From Stenotrophomonas phage Marzo, in the sequence record MZ326868.1: a stretch of DNA of 32,000 nt. One strand, given 5' to 3'. Of this stretch, positions 23,757 through 32,000 are shown piece after piece. The notes below the pieces were generated by a model. That model saw only the letters and a list, made by a program, of their open reading frames with translations. It was not told where the DNA came from and did not search any database. Position numbers and translations under genes: made by a program. Each line of letters begins with the position of its first letter. The stretch's first letter is position 1.

Positions 23757-25870
23757 TTCCAATTCTGCTTAGAGCAGCAGCCGTTCTGGGCGAAGGTGCA
23801 ACAGTCAGAACAGCAGCTGGTACATTCGCTTCACGAACAGTAGGGCAGCGTCTCGCCCGAAGCGGTATGAGAACACTCCGGGGTGCAGTGAAAACTGCCC
23901 CTGGAAAGCTGTGGAAGACAGCCGGTGGCGATAGCGTCCCGGCATTCAGAAAGGCACTTGACCTAGGTCAGCGAGGCTATAACGCTGTCCAGAATGCAAG
24001 GGCTCAGGTCGCCGAAGCTGAAAAGAGATCGACGCTTCGCCGCATCAAGAAGGAAGAGAAGCGCAACGCTCCGCAACAGGATGCCGGTGAGAAGAAGCAG
24101 CAAGCCGAAGCTCAACAGGAAGTCCGTGAGCAGGAGAACGCACAGCGCCAGCAAGCCGCTCATGCTGATGGCATGCAGAAGATCGCCGAAGAGGGCAATC
24201 AAGTAACTCAGCAGATGGCAAACGACATTGCTGAGATCAAAGAGATCATCGCCAATCCTCCGAAGCAGGACGAGGAGAGCGGATTCCTCACCAAGCTGAT
24301 GACCGGTCTGATCGGTGTGTTCGGCATTGGTGTGACCATGCTGCAGGCGAAGATCACCGGCATGATCGCCGAGTTCGGCGCCAAGCTGGGACTGAAGACC
24401 CTAAGCAACATGGCTGACAAGGGTGCGGATCTGGCTGCCCGCGCTACTGGCGGAATCAAGAATCTCGCAGGCGCGCTAGCGGATAGCAGCAGCCGAACAT
24501 CACAGATGGTACAAGGGGGATTGGCGGGAGCCGGACCACTTGGTGCTATCGGTTCGTATCTGTTCGGCAAGAACCGCAGCACTGTCGCTGGTGCAGTCGA
24601 GAAGGCTTCTGGTGTCACACAAGCTGCTGAATCCTACGGACGCACCGCAAGCGGGTTCTATGATCGTGCGGAGAAGTATGCAGACAAGAACTCAATCGGC
24701 AGCAAGCTGCCATGGTTCCCAGGAATCTCATCAGCCAATGCAGCGGTGACCAAGCCTGCAACTCCATCTGTTCCGACGATCAGTGCTCCAATCGCTCCGG
24801 TCAAGACCTCAGCCACTGGCTCGTCAACACTGACCATGGCATCACCAACTGCAGCTGCGATCTTCGAGACCGCCAAGCCGCAGACAGACGCACTTGCAAA
24901 CTCCCAGTTGATTCTGAGCGAGCTGCTGGATGCGATGACCAACTCATCGAAGGGAATCTACACAAAGCCGGCTGACGATGGACTGTTCCAGATGCCGACA
25001 ATGGGCTTCTCTGGCGCGCCTCAGATGCTAGATAAACCGACCGGCGTGTCAACCCTTTCACCAGGTGGACGCGGCGCGATCCCAAATGTCCGGAGAGCAA
25101 ACATGCCATTCAATGGCTTCGGCGCCGAGGTAGACTCACACATTGCAGAAGCGGCTCAGATGTATGGGTTGCCGGAAGATGTGCTTCGCGGCTTTGTCAA
25201 GATGGAAGGTGGTTGGACAGGAAAGATGTCGCCAACAGGCGCAATCGGAACTGGTCAGTTCACCCAAGGAACCTGGAACTCTCTGGCTGGCACAGCCGAG
25301 GGTCAAGCGATTGGTATGACCCGAATCGACAGAAGCAACTTCCGTCAAGCGAATGATCCACGACGCAACGACAGAACGAACACCCTGGCAACAGGTCTTC
25401 TGGCGAAGCAGAACGCTGACATCCTCCGCCGCAATGGGTTGGACGTGACAGGTGAGAACCTGTATATGCTCCACAACATTGGACCGGGTGTGATCCCAGC
25501 ACTGAAGGGATCAAACTCAGTCTCGGCAAGTACGTTGGACGCGATGCGCAAGAACGGCATGACAGGTAACATGTCGCCAACTGACTTCGTGAAGTTCCAG
25601 ACCGGACGCTTCCAGTCTCACTACGAGGCGGCGAACAGAGTCCAGGGTGTGAACACGGGTCTCGGCAAGCCGATGGCTGAATCCGCGAACGATGCACGCA
25701 AGACGCAGCAGGTTGTCCCAGTTGTGGTGCAAGCTCCGGCACAAACAGTAAAGGCTCCGGCACATGGTGCACAGAGCCAATCTGGTCCAGGAACTCCGAT
25801 GGTAACACGGAACCCGGATAGTCCTGTTCGTAGGTTCAGTCAGGTCATGATCGGAACGTCGATCACTTGA
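23753..25870 (+). CDS. Large tail/hub or tape-measure-like protein with C-terminal lytic transglycosylase-like domain
   Basis: Basic N-terminus, coiled coil, hydrophobic 'LTKLMTGLIGVFGIGVTML', C-terminal 'EAAQMYGLPEDVLRGFVKMEGGWTGKMSPTGAIGTGQFTQGTWNSL'. Confidence 0.65.
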   Translation: MIPILLRAAAVLGEGATVRTAAGTFASRTVGQRLARSGMRTLRGAVKTAPGKLWKTAGGDSVPAFRKALDLGQRGYNAVQNARAQVAEAEKRSTLRRIKKEEKRNAPQQDAGEKKQQAEAQQEVREQENAQRQQAAHADGMQKIAEEGNQVTQQMANDIAEIKEIIANPPKQDEESGFLTKLMTGLIGVFGIGVTMLQAKITGMIAEFGAKLGLKTLSNMADKGADLAARATGGIKNLAGALADSSSRTSQMVQGGLAGAGPLGAIGSYLFGKNRSTVAGAVEKASGVTQAAESYGRTASGFYDRAEKYADKNSIGSKLPWFPGISSANAAVTKPATPSVPTISAPIAPVKTSATGSSTLTMASPTAAAIFETAKPQTDALANSQLILSELLDAMTNSSKGIYTKPADDGLFQMPTMGFSGAPQMLDKPTGVSTLSPGGRGAIPNVRRANMPFNGFGAEVDSHIAEAAQMYGLPEDVLRGFVKMEGGWTGKMSPTGAIGTGQFTQGTWNSLAGTAEGQAIGMTRIDRSNFRQANDPRRNDRTNTLATGLLAKQNADILRRNGLDVTGENLYMLHNIGPGVIPALKGSNSVSASTLDAMRKNGMTGNMSPTDFVKFQTGRFQSHYEAANRVQGVNTGLGKPMAESANDARKTQQVVPVVVQAPAQTVKAPAHGAQSQSGPGTPMVTRNPDSPVRRFSQVMIGTSIT

Positions 25871-26438
25871 CCTTCTGCTTGGTGAGATTGAGGTTGTAGG
25901 CTTTCGCCTTGGCCTCAATCTCATCTACCCATGCCTTGCAGACCCTCAGTTCTTCGACGTGGGTGTCTGCGGAGAGGGCTTGTCCGAGAAGAAATTCAGA
26001 AGCGCGTTGAGATAGGAACCCGGCTCCGGGGTAGGGTTCTGTAGCGCTGCCGGGCGAGGCGGGATTTCCAGCGCCTGCACCACTGCCACTTCCGTTGGTG
26101 GGTGCTTTGTATCCTGGGTCCTGCAGCCTGACATTGCCAAGCTTAGCAACAGCAGTGCGCAGATCAGAAATGTTCTTGATGTAGCCTTCATCTAGTTTGC
26201 CTCTTGATTCGCTGAGTTCTTTGTACGCCGTAGCGCGTTCTTCATTCGCTGCAGCAATCTTCTTTGCAACCTCTTCGCCGTTCTTGGCGATCCAGGCTTC
26301 ATGAGTGGCATTGATCGTCGCAATGCGGTTCTCGTAATGATTCGACGTCACCTTCCAGGAAACGCCCGCGATAGCCCCGATGGCTAGTACAGCCGCCAGT
26401 AGTTTGGCGGCTAGTTGGTATTGTGCTGGGATGATCAT
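25863..26438 (-). CDS. Inner-membrane spanin-like protein (Rz-like)
   Basis: N-terminal TM 'LLAAVLAIGAIAGVSWKV', coiled coil with 'ANEERATAYKELSESRGKLDEGY', embedded lipoprotein ORF in another frame. Confidence 0.72.
   Translation of the reverse strand: MIIPAQYQLAAKLLAAVLAIGAIAGVSWKVTSNHYENRIATINATHEAWIAKNGEEVAKKIAAANEERATAYKELSESRGKLDEGYIKNISDLRTAVAKLGNVRLQDPGYKAPTNGSGSGAGAGNPASPGSATEPYPGAGFLSQRASEFLLGQALSADTHVEELRVCKAWVDEIEAKAKAYNLNLTKQKVK
25946..26191 (-). CDS. Outer-membrane spanin-like lipoprotein (Rz1-like), embedded in the Rz-like gene
   Basis: Signal peptide and lipobox 'LLLLSLAMSGC', proline-rich mature part; fully nested out-of-frame. Confidence 0.7.
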   Translation of the reverse strand: MKATSRTFLICALLLLSLAMSGCRTQDTKHPPTEVAVVQALEIPPRPAALQNPTPEPGSYLNALLNFFSDKPSPQTPTSKN

Positions 26439-26809
26439 AGATGGTCCAGATTGTATCGTTGGTTCATATCCCGGAGGATGTCAACCATGATCCGATTGGG
26501 ATACACTTCTTCGGATACGGTGGAATCGTACTGCCTCAGCCACATGAGAATCGCCTTGACCACGCTGAATTGAACGTCGTCCATGATGACCCGGAACACT
26601 CCGGTTGTCTTCTGAGCGCCGAACACATTCAACAGGATCACGACATTGTTGATCAGTAGTTTCTCGTTCATCAGACCGGTGTTCAAGAAACGGCTGACCA
26701 TTCGACGTGCTGTAGAGAACCCGGCAAAGTCCTTGTCAAACTCTGCAGCCTTGACGGGCGTGAGTGTCAGCCCGTCAATGGCGATTGCTCTTGCGACCTT
26801 GAAGTCCAT
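26435..26809 (-). CDS. Hypothetical protein, 124 aa
   Basis: Start-stop overlap with neighbours on the minus strand. Confidence 0.7.
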   Translation of the reverse strand: MDFKVARAIAIDGLTLTPVKAAEFDKDFAGFSTARRMVSRFLNTGLMNEKLLINNVVILLNVFGAQKTTGVFRVIMDDVQFSVVKAILMWLRQYDSTVSEEVYPNRIMVDILRDMNQRYNLDHL

Positions 26810-27261
26810 TACGCGTCCTTCTTGTCCTTGTTCTTCTTGGCAGCCTTCTTCGCTTCAATTGCTGCCTTCTCTTCCGGAGTCTTGTTAGTAGCGCCCTTCG
26901 GACGCCCACGTCCACGCGCTGGCGGTAGCTGAGCAACTGCCAAGGTTTGAGCATGGGCTAGAGCAGCACCGATGTCTTCGATTCCCTTGGTGAGTGCGTC
27001 ATTGGATGCGCCACGGATGGGCTTGGGCTTCTCGGAGGTTTCCGGCTGCTTCGCCTCGACACGACGTGCCGCCTGAATCTTGACCTTCTCGCTGCGGGTG
27101 TAGTCGCCGAGCTTCTTGGTCCGGACGTCATACTCAACGGGATTCTCAAGACCACGGATCGAGACCAGCAGTTCACCATTCTCAGGCGCGACCCAGCCAT
27201 AGATAGTAGGTACAGCAGTGGGATGCCAAGAAGGTGGGTTTTTGGTGCGATCAATTGCCAT
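26809..27261 (-). CDS. Hypothetical protein with AT-hook-like motif and Lys/Ala-rich tail
   Basis: 'PPARGRGRPKGATNKTPEEKAAIEAKKAAKKNKDKKDA'. Confidence 0.7.
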   Translation of the reverse strand: MAIDRTKNPPSWHPTAVPTIYGWVAPENGELLVSIRGLENPVEYDVRTKKLGDYTRSEKVKIQAARRVEAKQPETSEKPKPIRGASNDALTKGIEDIGAALAHAQTLAVAQLPPARGRGRPKGATNKTPEEKAAIEAKKAAKKNKDKKDA

Positions 27262-27278
27262 AGTGTTTCATTCCTAGA

Positions 27279-27307
27279 TTGATGATGTACCGACAAGGGC
27301 TTACAAT
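27279..27307 (+). promoter_or_regulatory. sigma70-like promoter candidate upstream of primase
   Basis: TTGATG (27279-27284), 17 bp spacer, TACAAT (27302-27307). Confidence 0.45.
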
Positions 27308-27313
27308 ACGACT

Positions 27314-28399
27314 ATGAACTACCTAGATCTCAAATACGTCCGCCTTGTCTCTGGATATTTAACCAAATGGAAGGAGGTTGGTCGCGACCTGTGGCGATTC
27401 AGATGCCCCTTCTGTGGCGACTCCAAGAAGAGTGATTCGCTTGCCCGTGGCTACTTCTTCAACCTCGAAGATAAGGCCATGTTCAAGTGTCACAACTGTG
27501 GTCTGCCGCTGAACCTCGGACAGTTCTTGGCTGAGATTGCTCCGGCACTCTTGGGTGAGTACAAGCTCGAGAAGTTCAAGCAGAAGAACCCGTCCTTCGG
27601 TGACGACAAGAAGCGTGATGAGCAATTCATCACCACAACTCAGCACCGACTCCGACGCACCGGAACGATCCTGGCATTCTGTGATAGACTGCTGTCGTTG
27701 CCGGAAGATCATCATGCCCGAGTCTATCTGGATGGTCGAAAGATTCCAGAGAGCAATCAGTCCAAACTGTTCTACATTGATGACGTCCGCGTTCTGGCGA
27801 AGAACATCCCCGGCTATGGAGAACGGGCAGCGAAGCTCCCCAAGCGCGATGCGATCATCATTCCCTTCTTCGATGAAGACGGCGCGCTGATGTATCTCCA
27901 GTGTCGCTTCTTCGATGAAAACTTCCGGTATATGACCTTCCAGATTGAAGATGAGGGGAAGAAGATCTGGGGTCTAGATCGTGTCGACTGGAGCAAGAGG
28001 GTCTACGTGTGTGAGGGTCCGTTTGACGCTATGTTCCTTGACAACTGTGTTGCGGTCGCAGGCGCGGGGATCATGTCTGAGATTGAGTTCTTCCAGTCTA
28101 AGGCGAAAGCCGGATTGACTCTGATATTCGACAAGGACTACCGGACCAACTTTGAGGTCCATCGGTTCATGTGTCAGGCAGTCGAGAAGGGTCACAGTGT
28201 GGTCCTGTTCGACAAGGAGTTTAAGGGCAAGGATATGAACGACCAGATCCAGAAGCACTTCTGGACGCGTGAGTATCTGAAGACCTACGTGGATGCACAC
28301 ACATACAAGGGTCTGTCGGCAAAGCTGGAGCTGACCAAGATCAGACCGCCGAAGAACGCCTTCAAAAGTAAATCAAACTCCGGTAGGTTTGGAAGTTGA
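27314..28399 (+). CDS. 61: DNA primase gp61
   Basis: Zn-binding 'FRCPFCGDSKKSD...ARGYFFNLEDKAMFKCHNCGLP', TOPRIM-like 'VYVCEGPFDAMFLDNCVAVAG', 'LIFDKDYRTN'. Confidence 0.92.
   Translation: MNYLDLKYVRLVSGYLTKWKEVGRDLWRFRCPFCGDSKKSDSLARGYFFNLEDKAMFKCHNCGLPLNLGQFLAEIAPALLGEYKLEKFKQKNPSFGDDKKRDEQFITTTQHRLRRTGTILAFCDRLLSLPEDHHARVYLDGRKIPESNQSKLFYIDDVRVLAKNIPGYGERAAKLPKRDAIIIPFFDEDGALMYLQCRFFDENFRYMTFQIEDEGKKIWGLDRVDWSKRVYVCEGPFDAMFLDNCVAVAGAGIMSEIEFFQSKAKAGLTLIFDKDYRTNFEVHRFMCQAVEKGHSVVLFDKEFKGKDMNDQIQKHFWTREYLKTYVDAHTYKGLSAKLELTKIRPPKNAFKSKSNSGRFGS
27356..27363 (-). promoter_or_regulatory. T4-late-like promoter candidate (GTTAAATA) for minus-strand operon
   Basis: 6/8 match to TATAAATA about 95 nt upstream of the minus-strand CDS start at 27261. 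Confidence 0.22.
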
Positions 28400-28451
28400 T
28401 AGCGATTACAATACAAGGGTCGAGAAGACACCAACATCAGAGGGTGAATAG

Positions 28452-29315
28452 ATGCTTTTGATTGATGCAAGCAACCGTGTATTCAGCACGGTCCTGGAGT
28501 ACCACCGCAGCACTGGCGAGCAAGCTGACATCCAGCTGATTCGTCATCTGATTACGGACGGTCTCCGGGTTGACAAGAAACGATTGGCAGAGTTCGCCGA
28601 CGAGATTGTACTGTGTTTCGATGGTCGCAAGTACTGGCGTCGTGAGTTCTTCCAGCATTACAAGGCAAAGCGCGCAGCCGGACGTGAAGCTTCCAGCTTT
28701 GACTGGGATGCCTTCTTCCCTGCGTATGACCAGTTCAAGCAGGAACTCCGTGAGTTCTTCCCGATCAAGTGCGTTGAGGTTGAAGGCGCCGAAGCGGATG
28801 ACATCATGGGTGTTCTCGCCTCTCGCTATGCCGACGTGAAGAAGGTTTGTGTGGCATCGTCCGACAAGGACATGGTGCAGCTGCAGCAGAACATGAACCC
28901 GAAGATCAAGCAGTACAGCTACTTCCACAAGAAGTTCCTGACTCCGAAGACGTCCAAGTATGATCTGTTCGAGCACGTGGTGAAGGGTGATTCTGGAGAC
29001 GGCGTCCCCAACATCCTGAGTCCGGATGACGTGCTGATCACTCCAGGTTCTCGCCAACGACCGATCAGTAGCAAGAAGCTGGAAGAGTGGCGTGCCAAGG
29101 GCGGATTGTTTGAGCCCGAAAACTTCTGTACCGATTCGGAGATGCTGTCTCGCTTCCATCGCAATCGGACGCTGATTGATCTGCGGAAGATTCCGGGCGA
29201 TCTGGCACAGAAGATTGATGATGCCTATACTGAGTATGAAGTGCCGAAGGGCAAGATGTTCGGCTACCTCACCACAAACAAGATGATGAAAATCCTAAGA
29301 GAAGGAGGTTTCTGA
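28452..29315 (+). CDS. rnh: RNase H / 5'-3' exonuclease (T4 Rnh-like)
   Basis: 'MLLIDASNRVF', 'CFDGRKYWRREFFQHYKAKRA', 'VEGAEADDIMGVLA', 'ASSDKDMVQL', 'GDSGDGVPNI'. Confidence 0.93.
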   Translation: MLLIDASNRVFSTVLEYHRSTGEQADIQLIRHLITDGLRVDKKRLAEFADEIVLCFDGRKYWRREFFQHYKAKRAAGREASSFDWDAFFPAYDQFKQELREFFPIKCVEVEGAEADDIMGVLASRYADVKKVCVASSDKDMVQLQQNMNPKIKQYSYFHKKFLTPKTSKYDLFEHVVKGDSGDGVPNILSPDDVLITPGSRQRPISSKKLEEWRAKGGLFEPENFCTDSEMLSRFHRNRTLIDLRKIPGDLAQKIDDAYTEYEVPKGKMFGYLTTNKMMKILREGGF

Positions 29316-29821
29316 TGAAAGACCCGTTGATTGAAATTCCGAAGCTGGCACCCGCTGATGCCAGGGAGTTGTACTTTTCGACCGAAGCGTATGTGTGGGG
29401 TTACAATGCCGGCATCGACAAGTTCTCTGCTGCATACGGCAACCCGGCGAAGTACGGTACGATCTATACCGGCTTCACTGTTCCGAAGCTGGAGCTGAGT
29501 GAATACACCTTCGATGACTCCAAGCAGGAAGAAGAGTTCACCCGCGGTTTCGTTCAGGCAGTCGCCAAGCTATATGTCCTGAACTACTCCGCTCGTTCGG
29601 AGTTGCAACGCCTGCAGTTGGCGTTCAACTGGCTGACCCGCGAGTCGAATCTGACCCGCCGCTTCAGCCAGACCACTGGTCAACCGGACTTCGTGGAACT
29701 CAAGTTCACGCTTATGCACACTCACAATCTGGTGGATGAGGTGTTCTCACGTTCGCTGCAGGATCTGGAGATGCAGTTGTACTACAGCCTGCATCAGAAG
29801 TACGGGTTGAACCGAGCATGA
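29315..29821 (+). CDS. Hypothetical protein, 168 aa
   Basis: Strong GAAGGAGG RBS, coupled to rnh. Confidence 0.75.
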   Translation: MKDPLIEIPKLAPADARELYFSTEAYVWGYNAGIDKFSAAYGNPAKYGTIYTGFTVPKLELSEYTFDDSKQEEEFTRGFVQAVAKLYVLNYSARSELQRLQLAFNWLTRESNLTRRFSQTTGQPDFVELKFTLMHTHNLVDEVFSRSLQDLEMQLYYSLHQKYGLNRA

Positions 29822-30471
29822 TCCGCACATCTCCAGAAGCAGAAGCCCTCAAGGCGATCCTCGCGGCTGGATGTCCAGAACAGGAAGGAAAGTTCTACGG
29901 TGTCACCCGCGTATTGGGTGGCACCAAGGACATGTCAGGTCTAGAAGCCTGGCGTAAGCGCGTGGGTGAAGAAGAGGCTGACCGGATTGTCGAAGAGTCC
30001 AAGAGGATTGGTAACTCGCTTGACAAGCTGTTCAATGATAGCCTGGAAGATCCAGAGTTCAACATCGAGGATCACAAGGACACGCTCGGCTATAAGCTGT
30101 GGATTCAGTTGCGGTCGTATCTGAAGAATGTGGTCCCGGTCGTGGTCCAGATGCGAGTCTGGAACAACGATCTGAAGTATATGGGTTACCTGGATTGTCT
30201 TGGCTTCTACAAGGGCAAGCTGACGCTGATCGATTGCAAGAACTCCAAGAAGGAGAAGCAAGAGCAGTATCTGGAAGACTACTACCTCCAGTGTACAGCG
30301 TATTGCATGGCACTCTACCAGATGTATGGGATTAAGGTCACGCAGCTGTGCCTGATGATCGCTCGTCGTGACAGCAGCTTCCCGCAGGTCATTGTCAGAC
30401 CGATTGCTCCCTACATTCCAAAGGTGATTGCGCGAGCACAGCAGTATCATCTTCAATCAAACACTAATTGA
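29818..30471 (+). CDS. PD-(D/E)XK exonuclease-like protein (Cas4/MGME1-like)
   Basis: 'YMGYLDCLGFYKGKLTLIDCKNSKKEKQEQYLEDYYLQCTAYCMAL' matches D-x(n)-D-x-K plus helical QxxxY signature. Confidence 0.78.
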   Translation: MIRTSPEAEALKAILAAGCPEQEGKFYGVTRVLGGTKDMSGLEAWRKRVGEEEADRIVEESKRIGNSLDKLFNDSLEDPEFNIEDHKDTLGYKLWIQLRSYLKNVVPVVVQMRVWNNDLKYMGYLDCLGFYKGKLTLIDCKNSKKEKQEQYLEDYYLQCTAYCMALYQMYGIKVTQLCLMIARRDSSFPQVIVRPIAPYIPKVIARAQQYHLQSNTN

Positions 30472-30496
30472 GGGCGATGGCGGGATCAGGTAACAT
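30468..30496 (+). promoter_or_regulatory. sigma70-like promoter candidate upstream of gp33
   Basis: TTGAGG (30468-30473), 17 bp spacer, TAACAT (30491-30496). Confidence 0.35.
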
Positions 30497-30525
30497 ATCG
30501 TCATGGGTTAACGAGAGGTGATGAA

Positions 30526-30753
30526 GTGGCATCAATGAGTGAAGTGATCTTGAAGCAGCTGGTAGAAATCAGCCGCACCCTGCAGTGTTCACTGTTTGAG
30601 GCGGCTTCTATCTACTGCGAAGAGCATGATTTGGAACAAGAGGCGTTCGTTCAGATTCTGGACAAACACGTTCTCGACCAGATCCGTAATAGTGCGGTAC
30701 AAGACCGGAAGGTGAGAAAATGTATTCAAGAGCCGACAGCCACTCTGTTCTGA
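30526..30753 (+). CDS. 33: Late transcription accessory protein gp33-like
   Basis: 'QCSLFEAASIYCEEHDLEQEAFVQILDKHVLDQIRNSAV...' aligns by eye to T4 gp33 'GMSYLEATTAFLEENSIPETQFAKFIPSGIIEKIQSEAI...'; syntenic position before gp59-gp32. Start could be ATG 30535. Confidence 0.78.
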   Translation: MASMSEVILKQLVEISRTLQCSLFEAASIYCEEHDLEQEAFVQILDKHVLDQIRNSAVQDRKVRKCIQEPTATLF

Positions 30754-31355
30754 GTGGAGCGGTCCAGGCCTTTCAAGAATACGTTGGACTCAAACTTCAC
30801 TTCAACAAGGACTTGGTCTGGCGCCGCGGAATGAGATTCAATCAGGACGAGAGCACTCTCCTGAAGCGCAAAGACGCGATGTTCTTCCGACAGTTTGCAG
30901 ACAAGTATCCGGATAGTGAGGACCGGATTCAAAGGTACGTCAGCGCGCTGAAGAGAGATCAGAACGCGTGGATTGGCGAGATGCTAGACATGGAGAACGT
31001 CGAGTATCATAAGCAGAGAATGCGAGTCATTGGAGCGTTGACATACAACCTCCGGACAGACATTGATCGGCTGGTCACCTACATGGACGAGAACGGAGTA
31101 GATATCAAGAAGCTACTCAAATCGGATGGTACCCGTCCCTATCTGATCACCGTGATGAGTGAGATCGAGGGTGGCATCTCGGACGAAACTCTAGCGTTGA
31201 TGGAGAAGGCGTTCAGGTATTGCAAACAAGAAACTCTTGACCCCTTTTGGGAACAGAAGGCCTTCATGTTGAGTAAATACCATTACTGGTTAGAGATCAA
31301 AAGCGACACACTTGATCAACAGCTCAGTAGACTAGTAGAGGCAGGTAAGGCGTGA
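30720..31355 (+). CDS. 59: DNA helicase loader gp59
   Basis: 'RRGMRFNQDESTLLKRKDAMFFRQFADKY...LKRDQNAWIGEM' resembles T4 gp59; located between gp33 and gp32. Confidence 0.88.
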   Translation: MYSRADSHSVLSGAVQAFQEYVGLKLHFNKDLVWRRGMRFNQDESTLLKRKDAMFFRQFADKYPDSEDRIQRYVSALKRDQNAWIGEMLDMENVEYHKQRMRVIGALTYNLRTDIDRLVTYMDENGVDIKKLLKSDGTRPYLITVMSEIEGGISDETLALMEKAFRYCKQETLDPFWEQKAFMLSKYHYWLEIKSDTLDQQLSRLVEAGKA

Positions 31356-31396
31356 CGCCAGTAGCCTCGTGAAAAGCACAATCAGGAGATACAAGA

Positions 31397-32000
31397 ATGT
31401 CGTTTGGTAATCTGAAGAAGAATCGTGGCTCGTTCCAGGACCTGCAGAAGAAGCTGGCAGACGAGAAGAAGGGCGGCGGTTACAGCAATGATGATCGTTA
31501 CTGGGAATTCAAGGTTGACGATGCCGGCAACGGTTTTGCCGTGATCCGATTCCTGCCCGCTCCGGCTGGCGAAGAGGTCCCGTATGTGAAGCTGTACAGC
31601 CACGGCTTCAAGGACGAGCGTACCGGCAAGTGGTACATCGAGAACAGCCGCACCACCCTGGGCGAACCTGACCCGGTTTCGGAAGCCAACACCGAGCTGT
31701 GGAACTCCGGTCTGGAATCCGACAAGGCAATTGCGCGTCAGCGTAAGCGTCGTCAGAACTACATCGCCAACATCCTGGTGATTGACGATCCGAAGAACCC
31801 GCAGAACAACGGTAAGGTCTTCCTCTGGAAGTTCGGTCCGCGTCTGTTCCAGAAGATCGAAGGCGCGATGAACCCCGAGTTCCAGGACGAGGTTGCATTC
31901 AACCCGTTCGACTTCTGGGAAGGTGCCGACTTCAAGATCAAGGCTCGCAAGCTGGACGGTCAGCGCAGCTACGACAAGTCGGAGTTCACCGACCCGAGCG
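31397..32000 (+). CDS. 32: ssDNA-binding protein gp32, 3' end outside window
   Basis: 'WEFKVDDAGNGFAVIRFLP', 'SHGFKDERTGKWYIE', 'NYIANILVIDDPKNPQNNGKVFLWKFG', 'DFWEGADFKIK'; CAGGAG RBS. Confidence 0.93.
   Translation, partial: MSFGNLKKNRGSFQDLQKKLADEKKGGGYSNDDRYWEFKVDDAGNGFAVIRFLPAPAGEEVPYVKLYSHGFKDERTGKWYIENSRTTLGEPDPVSEANTELWNSGLESDKAIARQRKRRQNYIANILVIDDPKNPQNNGKVFLWKFGPRLFQKIEGAMNPEFQDEVAFNPFDFWEGADFKIKARKLDGQRSYDKSEFTDPS

Noticed and set aside
28407-28412. TACAAT before rnh as a -10 element
   Set aside because: No acceptable -35 at 16-18 bp upstream (TAGGTT only), although the ATTACAAT string is shared with the gp45 promoter.
1-32000. CRISPR arrays, tRNA genes, transposons, homing endonucleases
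   Set aside because: No spaced direct-repeat array, no cloverleaf/CCA-like structure, and no transposase, GIY-YIG or HNH signatures were recognised by eye; a tRNAscan-SE run would be decisive for tRNAs.

Overview
The window is the replication/recombination core of a T4-like tailed phage genome, with moderate-to-high GC by eye. Host and species cannot be resolved from sequence alone. Recognisable T4-type genes on the + strand, in roughly T4 order, are gp46 (5' truncated), gp45 clamp, gp44/gp62 clamp loader, RegA, gp43 DNA polymerase, UvsX, gp41 helicase, gp26-like tail/hub assembly protein, gp61 primase, RNase H, gp33, gp59 and gp32 (3' truncated). Accessory content interrupts this core. (1) A 7-deazaguanine DNA-modification gene set: folE, queC, a dpdA/TGT-like transglycosylase and a phage-type queE with a split radical-SAM cysteine motif, with no queD in the window. 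An actinobacterial-like inositol-3-phosphate synthase and a small HAD-like protein lie inside this region. (2) A tightly overlapping four-gene operon (19156-22273) whose products look like a pol-beta-type nucleotidyltransferase, a PD-(D/E)XK-like protein, a KxDG ligase-like nucleotidyltransferase and an HxGH NMN-adenylyltransferase-like enzyme. This is the best candidate for an undescribed system. (3) A probable -1 programmed frameshift (TTTTTTC) joining the gp26-like gene to a small overlapping ORF just before a large coiled-coil/lytic-transglycosylase protein. (4) An isolated capsid-decoration-like gene with three exact-period 270 bp Ig-like repeats, flanked by terminators and a T4-late-like promoter. 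(5) Minus-strand lysis-like genes: a small membrane protein, and an embedded Rz/Rz1-type spanin pair. Family calls come from remembered motifs and alignments by eye; no database search was run.
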